Positions 11,225 to 21,256 of a stretch of 64,000 nucleotides of DNA are shown one piece after another (positions within the stretch are counted from its first letter, which is position 1; each line of letters opens with the position of its first letter). Below the pieces are notes generated by a model. It was not told the DNA's origin. It saw only the letters and a program-made list of their open reading frames with translations, and did no database searches. Made by a program: the position numbers and the translations under genes. Source of the stretch: a virus; the IMG/VR virus record IMGVR_UViG_3300027708_000026, positions 32,001 to 96,000 of that record. The stretch is one strand, 5' to 3'.

Positions 11225-13381
11225 CTATTTTATCGGATCTAGGTTCTGATCGAGTCCCGCATTTTTTAAAGTCAATATAGCATCATTTTTAGATGCTTGT
11301 ACAACTTTGGCAATCATGCCCACTGTGATATAGCCAAGCCCATCACGATCAAATGCCGGATTATCATTATAGTATCTTTCACCTGCCTTTGCGACTACAA
11401 CCGAGTCTTCATTAAATCTATATTTAGGTAAAAATACTGTCATGTATACATTAGTCAGCGTAGGGTTCGCGGGACTGTTAGTACCCCAATTATAATAAGA
11501 GAAATATTTGTCGACCCAATCTAATTGATCTACTCTAGATAGATAACTCAAAGGGGCAGATTTAAGTTGCTGCCCTTTTGTGATAGTTGTTATAGCATCA
11601 TTGGTAAATTGTATCAATCCTATAGCCGATGAACCTGCCAGACGATTGGGTTCGGCAGGATTAAATGTCCTACCTGTTTCAAACATCATTGTACCTATCA
11701 AATCTATAGGTTTAATTCCGAGTTTCTGGGATAATGTTTTAATCTTGTTTAAAAATAGTTTATCAGTAGTCCAAGGTTTGACGGTTGTGCCTTCCACGCC
11801 TACATCGACTCCAGTTTTAGATTTACCTACGAACAGAGATCCAGCAGGTTTAATTTTAGAAACAGATGTTCTTTGAGATCCTGCAGTAGTTGCTGATACT
11901 AATGACCCGGTTCCGCTAGCAGATGCATCAGTATTTGAATTAGAAAATGCTGATTTGCTTAAATTTTCGTGCTGCGACCACGGCTCATTCATAGGGACGC
12001 GGGTCATAGCAGCAACCATTCCGGCATCCCTAGTACCCTTTGCTGGAGTAGTCGGAACCGTATATAAATTTATCCCAGGTGGAATATTAGACAGAGGTGG
12101 TTTAGTACCAACTGTTCTTGCGCCCGGTGCTTCTTTAATTAATAGAGCATCTATTCCAATGTAGGAGTTACTGAATAACGACATGTCAGATTTAGAATCG
12201 AGAGCTATTGACGTTATTGACCTAATACTGGTTTGACCACCAGAGAGATGAGAACTATCTTTGTCAACTATTATATTATGACTTCCCAACACTGTCAAGG
12301 TATAGGTACCAGCAGTATTCGTCACGATGTTTCCACTTACAGAATTTAAATCACCATTAGCCTGTAGATTAATATCATTTTCAGCATAAACGTTAAAATT
12401 TCTACTTGCATGTAAATTAAAATCTCGTTCTGCTTTAAAGTTAAAATCTCCCTCAGTGTGTATTGATACAGAATCAGCTGCATAGATGTCGATCTTACCA
12501 TCACCGGTAAACTCTAGCCATGCTGTGCCCTTAGCATTAGCAATATAAATTAAATCAGCAGTATTATGCATCAATATTTGATGCCCGGTGCGTGTTCTTA
12601 ATCTGATCAGTTCGTTATTGCCATCAACATCGCCGTCATCCATGACAAAAGTGCTGCCACCTAATCTACTGACTGGAGTTGTATTATATCCTGTACCTTC
12701 AGATGTATCTGCGTAGCCAATTGTCCCAGTCGGTCCATTTTTATCTAATGGCCCCGGAGTACTGATGCCAAATACCATGCTGGGCTGTTCTCTCCTTGCA
12801 CTACTAGAAGTAATTCCCCTAATATCGTCAAGAAGGAGGCCTTGTTTAGCTAAAACACTGGCAAAAGGATGTACTGGACGAAATGCTTTGTTTATATCTA
12901 GCAAACCTGCAGGGTTCTTTTTATTATATTCGCCAACCGGAAGTGATAGTGCATCTGCATACTCTTCTTTCTGAGCCGGAGTTAACCCTCGGAAATTAGG
13001 CGATGCTGCTATCCCAGGAACCATTTGATTTTGCAATAGATCGGGTATGCATCCTATCCAGTAACCTTGGTTTGGGTCTGAATCAACAAAAATAACCATT
13101 ACCGTAGTACCAACATCAGGAGGGATCATCCACATGCCATAACTTTTTTGAGTTTGATCAAACTTATCCGGATCGTTATTTCCAAACTTGGATGATGTAA
13201 CTCCATAAAAAGGAGTCATATATCTCACCGGGTACGTGTTGTTTTTGTAGTCAGGATCGGCGGTTATTCTTGTTTTTATCACTACTTCGAGGCTACCCAT
13301 GCCAGCATTATCTAGATGGTTTGTAACTTCTGCTAGATATGGGCCCGGACTAGATAATCTGGTAGGTGTTCTTTGACTCAT
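11225..13381 (-). CDS. Baseplate hub / tail spike, gp5/VgrG-like, with C-terminal lysozyme-like domain
   Basis: N-terminal OB-fold motif (YGMWMIPPDVGTTVMVIFVDSDPNQGYWIGC), IRLRTRTGHQILM and beta-strand repeats, C-terminal MMFETGRTFNP...AIGLIQF...QLDWVDKYF lysozyme-like motif. Confidence 0.8.
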   Translation of the reverse strand: MSQRTPTRLSSPGPYLAEVTNHLDNAGMGSLEVVIKTRITADPDYKNNTYPVRYMTPFYGVTSSKFGNNDPDKFDQTQKSYGMWMIPPDVGTTVMVIFVDSDPNQGYWIGCIPDLLQNQMVPGIAASPNFRGLTPAQKEEYADALSLPVGEYNKKNPAGLLDINKAFRPVHPFASVLAKQGLLLDDIRGITSSSARREQPSMVFGISTPGPLDKNGPTGTIGYADTSEGTGYNTTPVSRLGGSTFVMDDGDVDGNNELIRLRTRTGHQILMHNTADLIYIANAKGTAWLEFTGDGKIDIYAADSVSIHTEGDFNFKAERDFNLHASRNFNVYAENDINLQANGDLNSVSGNIVTNTAGTYTLTVLGSHNIIVDKDSSHLSGGQTSIRSITSIALDSKSDMSLFSNSYIGIDALLIKEAPGARTVGTKPPLSNIPPGINLYTVPTTPAKGTRDAGMVAAMTRVPMNEPWSQHENLSKSAFSNSNTDASASGTGSLVSATTAGSQRTSVSKIKPAGSLFVGKSKTGVDVGVEGTTVKPWTTDKLFLNKIKTLSQKLGIKPIDLIGTMMFETGRTFNPAEPNRLAGSSAIGLIQFTNDAITTITKGQQLKSAPLSYLSRVDQLDWVDKYFSYYNWGTNSPANPTLTNVYMTVFLPKYRFNEDSVVVAKAGERYYNDNPAFDRDGLGYITVGMIAKVVQASKNDAILTLKNAGLDQNLDPIK

Positions 13382-15930
13382 GGATTATTTCTCTTTGTTA
13401 TTCTTGCGAATGCGTCTGAACTTGTCATAGTTGGTTGTGCTGGCACTAGTCCCTCTGCTGTGCCTTCAGCAGCAGATGGAGAAGTTTCGGCGCCTGGGTT
13501 AAGTTTTCCATCCTTTAAATATGTGCCAATTGCAGATCTATTTTCCCCCTTTTGTGGCATCCTGGCCAATTGTAATCTTTGAGTAAACACCCCATTAGAA
13601 AATTTACTAAGTAATTTCCTAACCATGAATACTCCGCTAAATTCAAGTCGACCAGTTTCCGGATCAGCATCTTGAAATTTTAAAAATCCAGATTCGCCAA
13701 TATCGATTGGATTTCTAAAAGTTACCTCTATATACGGGGTCCCGTAGTTTTGATTTAAAGATCCATTCTCGCCTACAACACCATTTGTAGATACTGGATC
13801 AAAATTGCTGACTCCACCCATGACAAGAAATACTGGATCGCCCAAAATGCTTAGTTCAACTTCGGTCATATTGTAAGTACGTTTAACCACTGCTTCATAC
13901 ATGGCTTTTGACTGAACATAATATGGATCGGAACTTGGGGGGCCGGCCGACAAGCTACCCGATGTAACCAGATTGTCTCGATAAGAATTAAGAGTCGGGA
14001 GTATCGCATTACGTGCTGTAGGTGGACCTTTGGATAAATTAGCAGCAAGCCCTACACGGTTTTCGCCATCGAATCTATGGATGCTAAGTTCTTCGGTAGA
14101 TACTGCATTGGCCAGAGATTTTATGCCGCTGCTAAGTCCCATGGCATTAGGAATTCCAGCATATAAACTGTTGTTGAAATTAATTTTAAAATCTAATATG
14201 TCACGATTATTGCCTGTATAGATATAATCATATTTACGAATTAAAAAGTGTTTTTTCATATCAGGTCCAAAAACAAATTTCTCTTGTTGGTATCCGGGAA
14301 CCATCGTATAGTGTATTTTATATGGTGTTACCTTGTAGACAAATCTCTGATAAAATCTGTTACTGATCAAATCAAATTCATCCAGATTTGTCACTTCTAC
14401 TCGTATTAAAAAATACTCTAAAAGTCCGGTATCAACATCGATTTTTGAATATATATTTTTTAATATATTCTTCGCCCACTCACTTTCAGTAATAATTGCT
14501 GCCATGCAATCAGTAATATTTGAATTTGCAGCAAAACTTACAATTTTCGAAGATTGGACGGCTGTGGGTTGACCTTTAGAGCCTTTGCTACCGTAACCAT
14601 TTGCAATACCAGAAGCTTGATTGTCGGAAAATGTAAAGATATTATTAGATTTTAAATCAGTGGCATAGACCCTACTATTGGCAAGGGCTGAGAAATTTGA
14701 ATTTACATCGGAAAAAGAAATTAAATATTCATCCTTACCTATAGGGGAAGTCTCCTTAGTGTAGGCGTTTTTATTTGCGGTAGCACGCTGGAATGCTACT
14801 TGATCAAGAAAGTCTACTAAAATATCCGACACAGTCGTTCCTTTGATTTGAACGTTTTGGTGTAGCTTATTGATTTCATCAGTGAATGCAAATTCATTGA
14901 ATGGGAGTCCTACACAAATATATTTTGACCCTTTTGCGGTTACGTCTAATTGTATCTTTGTTATTCTAATTCCAAAATACCGTGTGGAATTCTCAATATC
15001 ATCATCAAGTTTACCATCGTCAGTGTAACCAACAAAATTCATTTTTAGCAAAAATGATGCTGATGAATAATTTGCATAACCGCATCCCAATGCAGCGGCT
15101 TGCAATGCTTCTAAAAATCCGTTAATGCTATAAGGCTCATATACGTCAAATCTAAATGCCAATGGTAGTGTTGGACCGCCTTTGCCAGAGAAAGACAATA
15201 ATGTATCAATTTCAAGATTATCAATGTACATGTCAAATCTTCCGGGACTATTTTTATTGAATCCTTTGATAAATCCAACCGCTTGGTCAGTCAAGGCCCT
15301 ATTTTCTTTTGTGGTCGAATTTGACAGACCAACTGATGATTCTGCCATGCCATAGTTTTCGCCCTTGCCGCCAGATTTGAGTATAGTATAGGCCTTTGAA
15401 TCCGCCTCAAATGCCGCAATCGAAGGATTAGTGGCCAGTGTAGTCCTTCTCAAACCAGATAAGGTAAAATTATAAGTATAATTGACATACTTATTTAGAA
15501 CATTTTCGCCTAATATTTCTTTTCTAGAGTAGACTACTGGTCCATTATCTTCGCTCGGATCAACTTCAGGGACAGGGATCTGTCTAGATATTTCCGGACT
15601 TGGGGCATATCCCCTAGTGGCAGCGGACATCGCGAAGGTTCCGGCGGAAGAATTTGCTCTAGCTGCTTTTGTGAGGGGATTACGCCTGTCAGATCCTGCC
15701 ATAGATAACGACGGTGCTCTATTACTAGTTGCAACTGCGAGAGCATCCTGTATTTTTTGATCTTTTTGAACATTGCTTATGGCGGCGAGTCCAGCACTAC
15801 CTTGATTTGCGGCCGCTTGGGCAGCTTGAGCATTTTGAGGAGCCAATGCCGCTTGCGCTCGACGTGTGCTGTCTGCAATACGTTGGAGTCGCTGTTGTTC
15901 TAAATACCTTGCATATTGACCGTTATCCAT
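13378..15930 (-). CDS. Putative baseplate hub protein (gp27/late control D-like), 850 aa
   Basis: Between gp53-like and gp5-like genes; C-terminal ELSILGDP and FSGVFMVRKLLSKFSNGVFTQRLQLAR resemble hub-protein C-termini; Q/A-rich N-terminal extension. Confidence 0.55.
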   Translation of the reverse strand: MDNGQYARYLEQQRLQRIADSTRRAQAALAPQNAQAAQAAANQGSAGLAAISNVQKDQKIQDALAVATSNRAPSLSMAGSDRRNPLTKAARANSSAGTFAMSAATRGYAPSPEISRQIPVPEVDPSEDNGPVVYSRKEILGENVLNKYVNYTYNFTLSGLRRTTLATNPSIAAFEADSKAYTILKSGGKGENYGMAESSVGLSNSTTKENRALTDQAVGFIKGFNKNSPGRFDMYIDNLEIDTLLSFSGKGGPTLPLAFRFDVYEPYSINGFLEALQAAALGCGYANYSSASFLLKMNFVGYTDDGKLDDDIENSTRYFGIRITKIQLDVTAKGSKYICVGLPFNEFAFTDEINKLHQNVQIKGTTVSDILVDFLDQVAFQRATANKNAYTKETSPIGKDEYLISFSDVNSNFSALANSRVYATDLKSNNIFTFSDNQASGIANGYGSKGSKGQPTAVQSSKIVSFAANSNITDCMAAIITESEWAKNILKNIYSKIDVDTGLLEYFLIRVEVTNLDEFDLISNRFYQRFVYKVTPYKIHYTMVPGYQQEKFVFGPDMKKHFLIRKYDYIYTGNNRDILDFKINFNNSLYAGIPNAMGLSSGIKSLANAVSTEELSIHRFDGENRVGLAANLSKGPPTARNAILPTLNSYRDNLVTSGSLSAGPPSSDPYYVQSKAMYEAVVKRTYNMTEVELSILGDPVFLVMGGVSNFDPVSTNGVVGENGSLNQNYGTPYIEVTFRNPIDIGESGFLKFQDADPETGRLEFSGVFMVRKLLSKFSNGVFTQRLQLARMPQKGENRSAIGTYLKDGKLNPGAETSPSAAEGTAEGLVPAQPTMTSSDAFARITKRNNP

Positions 15931-15931
15931 G

Positions 15932-16234
15932 CTAGATTCCTAACGCAGATTTAATAGTGGCAATTTTAGGTAGATATATTTGTACACCCGATACCAAATC
16001 AAATATTGGATCTTTTATAATCCCGGGATTTCGCATGGCAAATATCCACCATAACTTTTCTGTATCATAAAGATCATAGGCTAAAAGGTCCGGCCTATGA
16101 TGATACTTGGACTGGACTTCATAAAAGATATCATCTTTTTGAAAAGGAATCTTTTTTGGTGACCATATGTCAAGATACCCATTACTCTGACTGGTATTAG
16201 AATAGGGACTAAACTGTGAATACGATACGGACAT
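15932..16234 (-). CDS. Baseplate wedge protein gp53-like (LysM-like)
   Basis: RPDLLAYDLYDTEKLWWIFAMRN motif of gp53. Confidence 0.85.
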   Translation of the reverse strand: MSVSYSQFSPYSNTSQSNGYLDIWSPKKIPFQKDDIFYEVQSKYHHRPDLLAYDLYDTEKLWWIFAMRNPGIIKDPIFDLVSGVQIYLPKIATIKSALGI

Positions 16235-17055
16235 TATAGATATCCTTTATTTTGGCCACTAATATTATAACTACCCGAAAGCCATTGTTCCACTGAAAAA
16301 TCTTTAATCTGCTGTCGACTATATACCGGATTACAAACCACTGTGATAGAGGAAACGACCGGAACTGAACTGTTTGTTGAAAAATTTTGACTGTTGCCGT
16401 CCTTATGCGCTGTAAAGTAATCGACATTTTCAGGTAATTCATGTTTAAATGACGTTATAACCACTGGAACATTCTCTAACATATAGTTGCCATAACCAAA
16501 AAGTCTACATACCGGTGGCGGTGATCCTCTTTGAGCATCCGTCCCTTGTTGCATTTTAGTTAAAATTTTAAGTAAATGAATTGTTGACAATAAGACCTCC
16601 GCATCAGCATCGTGTTCGACAGTAAATTTACCAGATATTGTTATAGGACTCACTGCACTATTTTGATAAAAATATTGTGTAAAATTTGAATGTGTTGGAT
16701 TTTGTGCGGTATAATTTGCTTTGTGTTCAAATTGAATGCTTGGGGTATATGGGAAGATGATTCCTTGAAATAATGCCACTCCAGATTCGGAAGGACCTGC
16801 AGCACTACTACTTATATCTGCTATAGTGTAGCTGTTATTAGGATTATATCTAGCACCCATTATATCTTGGAACCAATATCCAACTGGCACGGTAATCTTT
16901 ACCCGAGTATCAGTCTTCTGGGTGGTACCATCTGCCCTAATAAAGTTGATCTGAGGTTTTGGTGGCGATGGAAGATTTGCGCCTTTGGTCAAGGCTCTGC
17001 GTAATAGCTGTGTACCAATTAAGCCACCAAGGCCAACCCATTCTTCGTCTTTCAT
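16234..17055 (-). CDS. Tail tube initiator / baseplate-tube junction protein (gp48/gp54-like)
   Basis: IFPYTPSI...ITISGKF...GSPPPVCRLFGYG...VPVVITSF tube-fold motif; position upstream of gp53-like gene. Confidence 0.6.
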   Translation of the reverse strand: MKDEEWVGLGGLIGTQLLRRALTKGANLPSPPKPQINFIRADGTTQKTDTRVKITVPVGYWFQDIMGARYNPNNSYTIADISSSAAGPSESGVALFQGIIFPYTPSIQFEHKANYTAQNPTHSNFTQYFYQNSAVSPITISGKFTVEHDADAEVLLSTIHLLKILTKMQQGTDAQRGSPPPVCRLFGYGNYMLENVPVVITSFKHELPENVDYFTAHKDGNSQNFSTNSSVPVVSSITVVCNPVYSRQQIKDFSVEQWLSGSYNISGQNKGYL

Positions 17056-17073
17056 GATAAATCCTTTACATGT

Positions 17074-17080
17074 TATTTAC
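17074..17080 (-). promoter_or_regulatory. Late promoter (GTAAATA) for the baseplate operon
   Basis: TATTTAC on + strand, 18 nt upstream of the start at 17055. Confidence 0.55.
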
Positions 17081-17083
17081 CAA

Positions 17084-17091
17084 TATAAATA
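17084..17091 (+). promoter_or_regulatory. Perfect T4 late promoter TATAAATA pointing toward gp55
   Basis: Exact consensus match in the divergent intergenic region. Confidence 0.5.
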
Positions 17092-17114
17092 ATGTGCTAG
17101 TTTAATTAATACGG

Positions 17115-17142
17115 TTGACATTGAGTAAATCCATGTTATACT
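17115..17142 (+). promoter_or_regulatory. Sigma70-type promoter for gp55 (TTGACA-16 nt-TATACT, extended -10 TG)
   Basis: TTGACA 17115-17120, TG 17134-17135, TATACT 17137-17142; AAGGA SD-like sequence before ATG 17170. Confidence 0.75.
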
Positions 17143-17169
17143 GTAATTCATAAGGATAACAATAATAAG

Positions 17170-18081
17170 ATGAGTACTCCAATTCCCACAACGAGAAAAG
17201 TAAAATATTTAAACAACAGAGACCTACTAGCAGAAATACACAGAAGTAAATGCAGCTTTTCCAGTTTCACTCTCCCGGAATATCAACAACACGACATTAT
17301 TTTACCTAGTTTAACTAGAGTTAACATTAGAACCGTAGCAGAAGCCAAACGGGCAAGAGCAAAACGCACAGGAATACAAATTTTTACACAGGCCAGGCTT
17401 AGTGGAGATAAGAAAGTCAAGCTGGCAGAATGCATTCCCGACTATACCACCATCGCTAAAACTGATGTGATCATAAGAATCATGACTTTTGATCATATTC
17501 CACTAGCTCCTGGACGCAAGAAAACTACAAAAACCACAGCCGACAGTCATGATAAAGTAAACTTCCCGCCATTCCAACATTGGAAATACAATGATCAAGA
17601 TGAATTAGTATGCGTAGGTAAGAGTCATTGGCGTGGTCCCGTGGATACTGGTCACTTTGACAAAGATAAGGGACGTATCACTGAAAACTTGGGTAAGATG
17701 TTTATCAAACTCAGCGAGAGATATGCACAGCGCAGCAATTGGCGCGGGTATACCTATATCGACGAAATGAAAGGGCAGGCAATTCTACAGCTGAGCCATA
17801 TTGGATTACAATTTGACGAATCAAAAAGCGAAAATCCCTTTGCCTATTATACCGCTGCTGTGACTAATAGCTTCACAAGAATATTGAACATCGAGAAAAA
17901 GAGTCAAAATATACGTGATGATCTATTGGAAGAAGCTGGACTAACCCCAAGCCTAACCAGACAAAATAGTCAAGAATACGCGGAAGAAATTGCACGGCAA
18001 GCAGAACTCTACAAAAATATGCGTATGCCCAAGAGCGAAGCTGTATCGGAAGAAGAAGAAATAGAAAACGAAGATCTTTAA
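17170..18081 (+). CDS. Late-transcription sigma factor, T4 gp55-like
   Basis: KYLNNRDLLAEI N-terminus and NWRGYTYIDEM...FDESKSENPFAYYTAAVTNSFTRILNIEKK core of gp55; upstream of gp47/gp46 as in T4. Confidence 0.9.
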   Translation: MSTPIPTTRKVKYLNNRDLLAEIHRSKCSFSSFTLPEYQQHDIILPSLTRVNIRTVAEAKRARAKRTGIQIFTQARLSGDKKVKLAECIPDYTTIAKTDVIIRIMTFDHIPLAPGRKKTTKTTADSHDKVNFPPFQHWKYNDQDELVCVGKSHWRGPVDTGHFDKDKGRITENLGKMFIKLSERYAQRSNWRGYTYIDEMKGQAILQLSHIGLQFDESKSENPFAYYTAAVTNSFTRILNIEKKSQNIRDDLLEEAGLTPSLTRQNSQEYAEEIARQAELYKNMRMPKSEAVSEEEEIENEDL

Positions 18082-18082
18082 C

Positions 18083-18111
18083 TTGACTTATTAAGACGTA
18101 TCCACTACACT
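18083..18111 (+). promoter_or_regulatory. Sigma70-type promoter for gp47/gp46 operon (TTGACT-17 nt-TACACT)
   Basis: TTGACT 18083-18088, TACACT 18106-18111, AGGAG SD before ATG 18131. Confidence 0.65.
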
Positions 18112-18130
18112 TATAGTAGGAGTATTATTA

Positions 18131-19144
18131 ATGAGTCTGTTTAAGAAAGTTGCATGTTTTACCGATATACATTTTGGACTAAAATCAAATTCATCGACAC
18201 ATTTAAGAGATTGTGAGGAATTCGTAGACTGGTTTATTCAAGAAGCCAAGACCGCGGGGTGTGAAACTGCGATCTTCTTGGGCGACTGGAGTCACAATCG
18301 TAATAGTCTAAACTTATTCACACTGGACAGCAGTTTACGCTGCCTAGAAAAACTAGGTGCAGCATTTGAACAGTTCTTTTGGTTCCCAGGTAACCACGAT
18401 CTATTTTATAAAGACAAGCGTGACATTCATTCGAGTGCCTTTGGTCGGCACATTCCAGGCGTCACTGTTGTAGACAGTATATGGACCCGGGATGATGTCA
18501 CACTTGTACCTTGGCTAATAGGCGATGAGTGGAAGTCTATGAAAGACATCAAGAGCAAATATGTATTTGGTCACTTCGAATTACCCAAGTTCTTCATGAA
18601 CGCTATGGTACAAATGCCCGATCACGGTGAACTTAGAGCAGAGGATTTTAACGGCCCAGACTATATATTCAGTGGACACTTCCATAAACGACAAGAAAAC
18701 AACCGAGTGATCTACATTGGTAATGCATTTCCGCACAATTATAGTGATGCAGGGGATGATGAACGCGGGATGATGACATTAGAATGGGGCGGTGAGCCTA
18801 AATTTATTAATTGGTCCAACTGCCCCAAGTACAGATCTATCAAACTTAGCGATTTGATCGACCAAAAAGACACAATCATGAAGGGTAAGATGCATTTCAA
18901 AGTGAATCTAGACATAGATATCAGTTTTGAAGAAGCAAACTTCATCAAAGAAACGTTTATGAAAGGTTACAATATACGAGAGATTAGCCTTATACAAGAT
19001 AAAGTTAATTTAGAAGGCACTGCTGGGGAAATTTTAGATAGCACTTTTGAAAGTGTAGATCAAATTGTCACGGATAGTCTGGTCAATATCGAATCGGAAC
19101 AATTTGATAGATCAATGCTGTTAGAAATTTATAACGAACTATAA
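18131..19144 (+). CDS. Recombination endonuclease subunit gp47 (Mre11/SbcD metallophosphoesterase)
   Basis: DIHFG, GDWSH, GNHD, GHFE, SGHFH metallophosphoesterase motifs. Confidence 0.95.
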   Translation: MSLFKKVACFTDIHFGLKSNSSTHLRDCEEFVDWFIQEAKTAGCETAIFLGDWSHNRNSLNLFTLDSSLRCLEKLGAAFEQFFWFPGNHDLFYKDKRDIHSSAFGRHIPGVTVVDSIWTRDDVTLVPWLIGDEWKSMKDIKSKYVFGHFELPKFFMNAMVQMPDHGELRAEDFNGPDYIFSGHFHKRQENNRVIYIGNAFPHNYSDAGDDERGMMTLEWGGEPKFINWSNCPKYRSIKLSDLIDQKDTIMKGKMHFKVNLDIDISFEEANFIKETFMKGYNIREISLIQDKVNLEGTAGEILDSTFESVDQIVTDSLVNIESEQFDRSMLLEIYNEL

Positions 19145-20922
19145 TGTTTAAATTAAAAAATATCACTGCAAAAAACTTCATGAGTGTGGGCAATCAAACC
19201 CAGGCTGTGCAATTTGATAAAGAACTGCTTACTCTAGTGTTAGGTGCGAATCTAGATCTAGGGGGAGATGATACTGGCAGCAGGAACGGGACTGGAAAAA
19301 CTACCATTGTCAATGCATTGAGTTATGCATTATATGGGCAAGCATTAACAAACATCAAAAAAGAAAACTTAATCAACAAAATCAACGGTAAGAATATGTT
19401 AGTCACCGTTGAATTTGAAAAAGACGGGAATCATTATAGGATTGAACGCGGTCGCAAACCCAATGTACTTAAATTGTACGTCAATGATAATCAAATAAAA
19501 GACGACACCGCTGAAGATGACAGCCAAGGGGATAGCAGGGAAACACAAAAAGCCATCGAACAGATGTTAGGCATGAGTCACACCATGTTCAAGCATCTAG
19601 TGGCACTGAATACCTATACCGAACCCTTTTTAAGCATGCGGGCCGCAGATCAAAGGGAGATAATCGAACAACTTTTAGGCATTACCCTATTGAGTGAGAA
19701 GGCAGAGGCCTTAAAAACATCAGTCAAAGACACTAAAGATTCGATAGTATCCGAAAATGCCACTATCGAAGCCACTAAAAAAGCCAATGAGAACATACAG
19801 AAAAGCATTGACAGCTTGATCATACGCAGTAGTGCATGGGATGCCAAGCAGGAATCTGATATTTCTACCATGGTCAATAACATACACATCTTGAGTGAAG
19901 TTAACATCGAACAAGAATTAACATTGCACAGTCAGCTCAAACTATGGAATGAACACGATATTAAGATTCGAAATCTCAGTAAGCAGCGGGCAACTTTAGA
20001 TTCTGCACTAGGACAAGCTGAAAGAAGTGTTAAGAAGTATGAGAAGGAACTGGCAAGCCTGGAAAATAAGACTTGTCATGCTTGCGAACAGGAACTCCAC
20101 GATCATAAGCATGAAGAAATGTCTGCGCTGGCTCAGGCACAGTTAGACGAAGCGATGAAATACTTTGATAAAATATCTCAAGACTTACAAAAGATCGTAG
20201 ATGAGATCGGCAACGGGGATACGCCGCACAAACCGTTGACGTTTTATGACACTGAGGCAGAAGCATTAGAACATAAGAACAATTTAGATAGTCTCGAGAA
20301 GAGTTTGACCTCGAGGGCAGACGAAATCAATCCCTATGCTGAACAAGTCGATGAACTTAGAAGGACTGCCATACAAGAAGTGACATGGGATCGTATCAAC
20401 GAGTTGACTAGACTTAGAGATCATCAAGAATTCCTATTAAAACTACTGACCAATAAGGACAGTTTCATTCGTAAAAAGATCATCGATCAAAATCTAAGCT
20501 ATCTAAACAGACGACTGGGATACTATATCGATAAGTTGGGCCTGCCACACAGGGTAGTATTCCAGAATGACCTAACAGTTGAGATCACTCAGCTGGGACA
20601 AGATTTAGATTTTGATAATTTATCACGCGGAGAACGAAACAGATTGATATTATCAATGAGTTTTGCCTTCCGAGATGTATGGGAAGGTCTATATCAAGGC
20701 ATCAACTTGCTATTCATCGATGAATTAGTCGATGCTGGTATGGATGCCGCAGGTGTAGAAAGCGCCCTAGCTGTATTGAAAAAGATGGCTAGGGAAAGAA
20801 ACAAGAATATTTACTTGATAAGTCATAAGGATGAACTTATGGGTCGGGTCAATAGTGTATTAAGGGTAGTAAAAGAAAATGGATTCACAAGTTATTCCAG
20901 CAATGCAGAGTACGTCGACTGA
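19144..20922 (+). CDS. Recombination ATPase gp46 (Rad50/SbcC)
   Basis: Walker A GSRNGTGKTT, zinc-hook CHAC in coiled coil, signature LSRGE, Walker B LLFIDE, H-loop ISH. Confidence 0.95.
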   Translation: MFKLKNITAKNFMSVGNQTQAVQFDKELLTLVLGANLDLGGDDTGSRNGTGKTTIVNALSYALYGQALTNIKKENLINKINGKNMLVTVEFEKDGNHYRIERGRKPNVLKLYVNDNQIKDDTAEDDSQGDSRETQKAIEQMLGMSHTMFKHLVALNTYTEPFLSMRAADQREIIEQLLGITLLSEKAEALKTSVKDTKDSIVSENATIEATKKANENIQKSIDSLIIRSSAWDAKQESDISTMVNNIHILSEVNIEQELTLHSQLKLWNEHDIKIRNLSKQRATLDSALGQAERSVKKYEKELASLENKTCHACEQELHDHKHEEMSALAQAQLDEAMKYFDKISQDLQKIVDEIGNGDTPHKPLTFYDTEAEALEHKNNLDSLEKSLTSRADEINPYAEQVDELRRTAIQEVTWDRINELTRLRDHQEFLLKLLTNKDSFIRKKIIDQNLSYLNRRLGYYIDKLGLPHRVVFQNDLTVEITQLGQDLDFDNLSRGERNRLILSMSFAFRDVWEGLYQGINLLFIDELVDAGMDAAGVESALAVLKKMARERNKNIYLISHKDELMGRVNSVLRVVKENGFTSYSSNAEYVD

Positions 20923-21256
20923 AAAAACTCAAGTCTATAAAGATTTATACTCAGAATTTTTAGGCGACGTAGTACTACTGCATAACTATCATACAACATA
21001 TACAATACATACTGGGTTAGAAACATCGCAAAGATTTCGATCCCAGTGTATGAAAATGGGCAAGTTGTTAAGGAAACTGAGAACTGCTAGTGCAGAATCT
21101 TTCGAAGAACAACGACAAAATCGAAAAATTATGAAACGTAATCAAGCAGTTTATAACAAAACTAAACTTGCAGCTAGACGATTAAGAGGAAGTCAGCGTT
21201 CAGCGAATGCTGCTGCTAGAAGAGAGAAAGCAAATAACAAAGGAAATATAAAATGA
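20903..21256 (+). CDS. Basic hypothetical protein, possible diverged Hc1-like paralog (start 20903 or 20879)
   Basis: Overlaps gp46 end and next ORF start; K/R-rich C-terminal half; SQRFRSQCMKMGKLLRKLR loosely parallels GTRARKALGELSKAVKTRR of the next gene. Confidence 0.55.
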   Translation: MQSTSTEKTQVYKDLYSEFLGDVVLLHNYHTTYTIHTGLETSQRFRSQCMKMGKLLRKLRTASAESFEEQRQNRKIMKRNQAVYNKTKLAARRLRGSQRSANAAARREKANNKGNIK

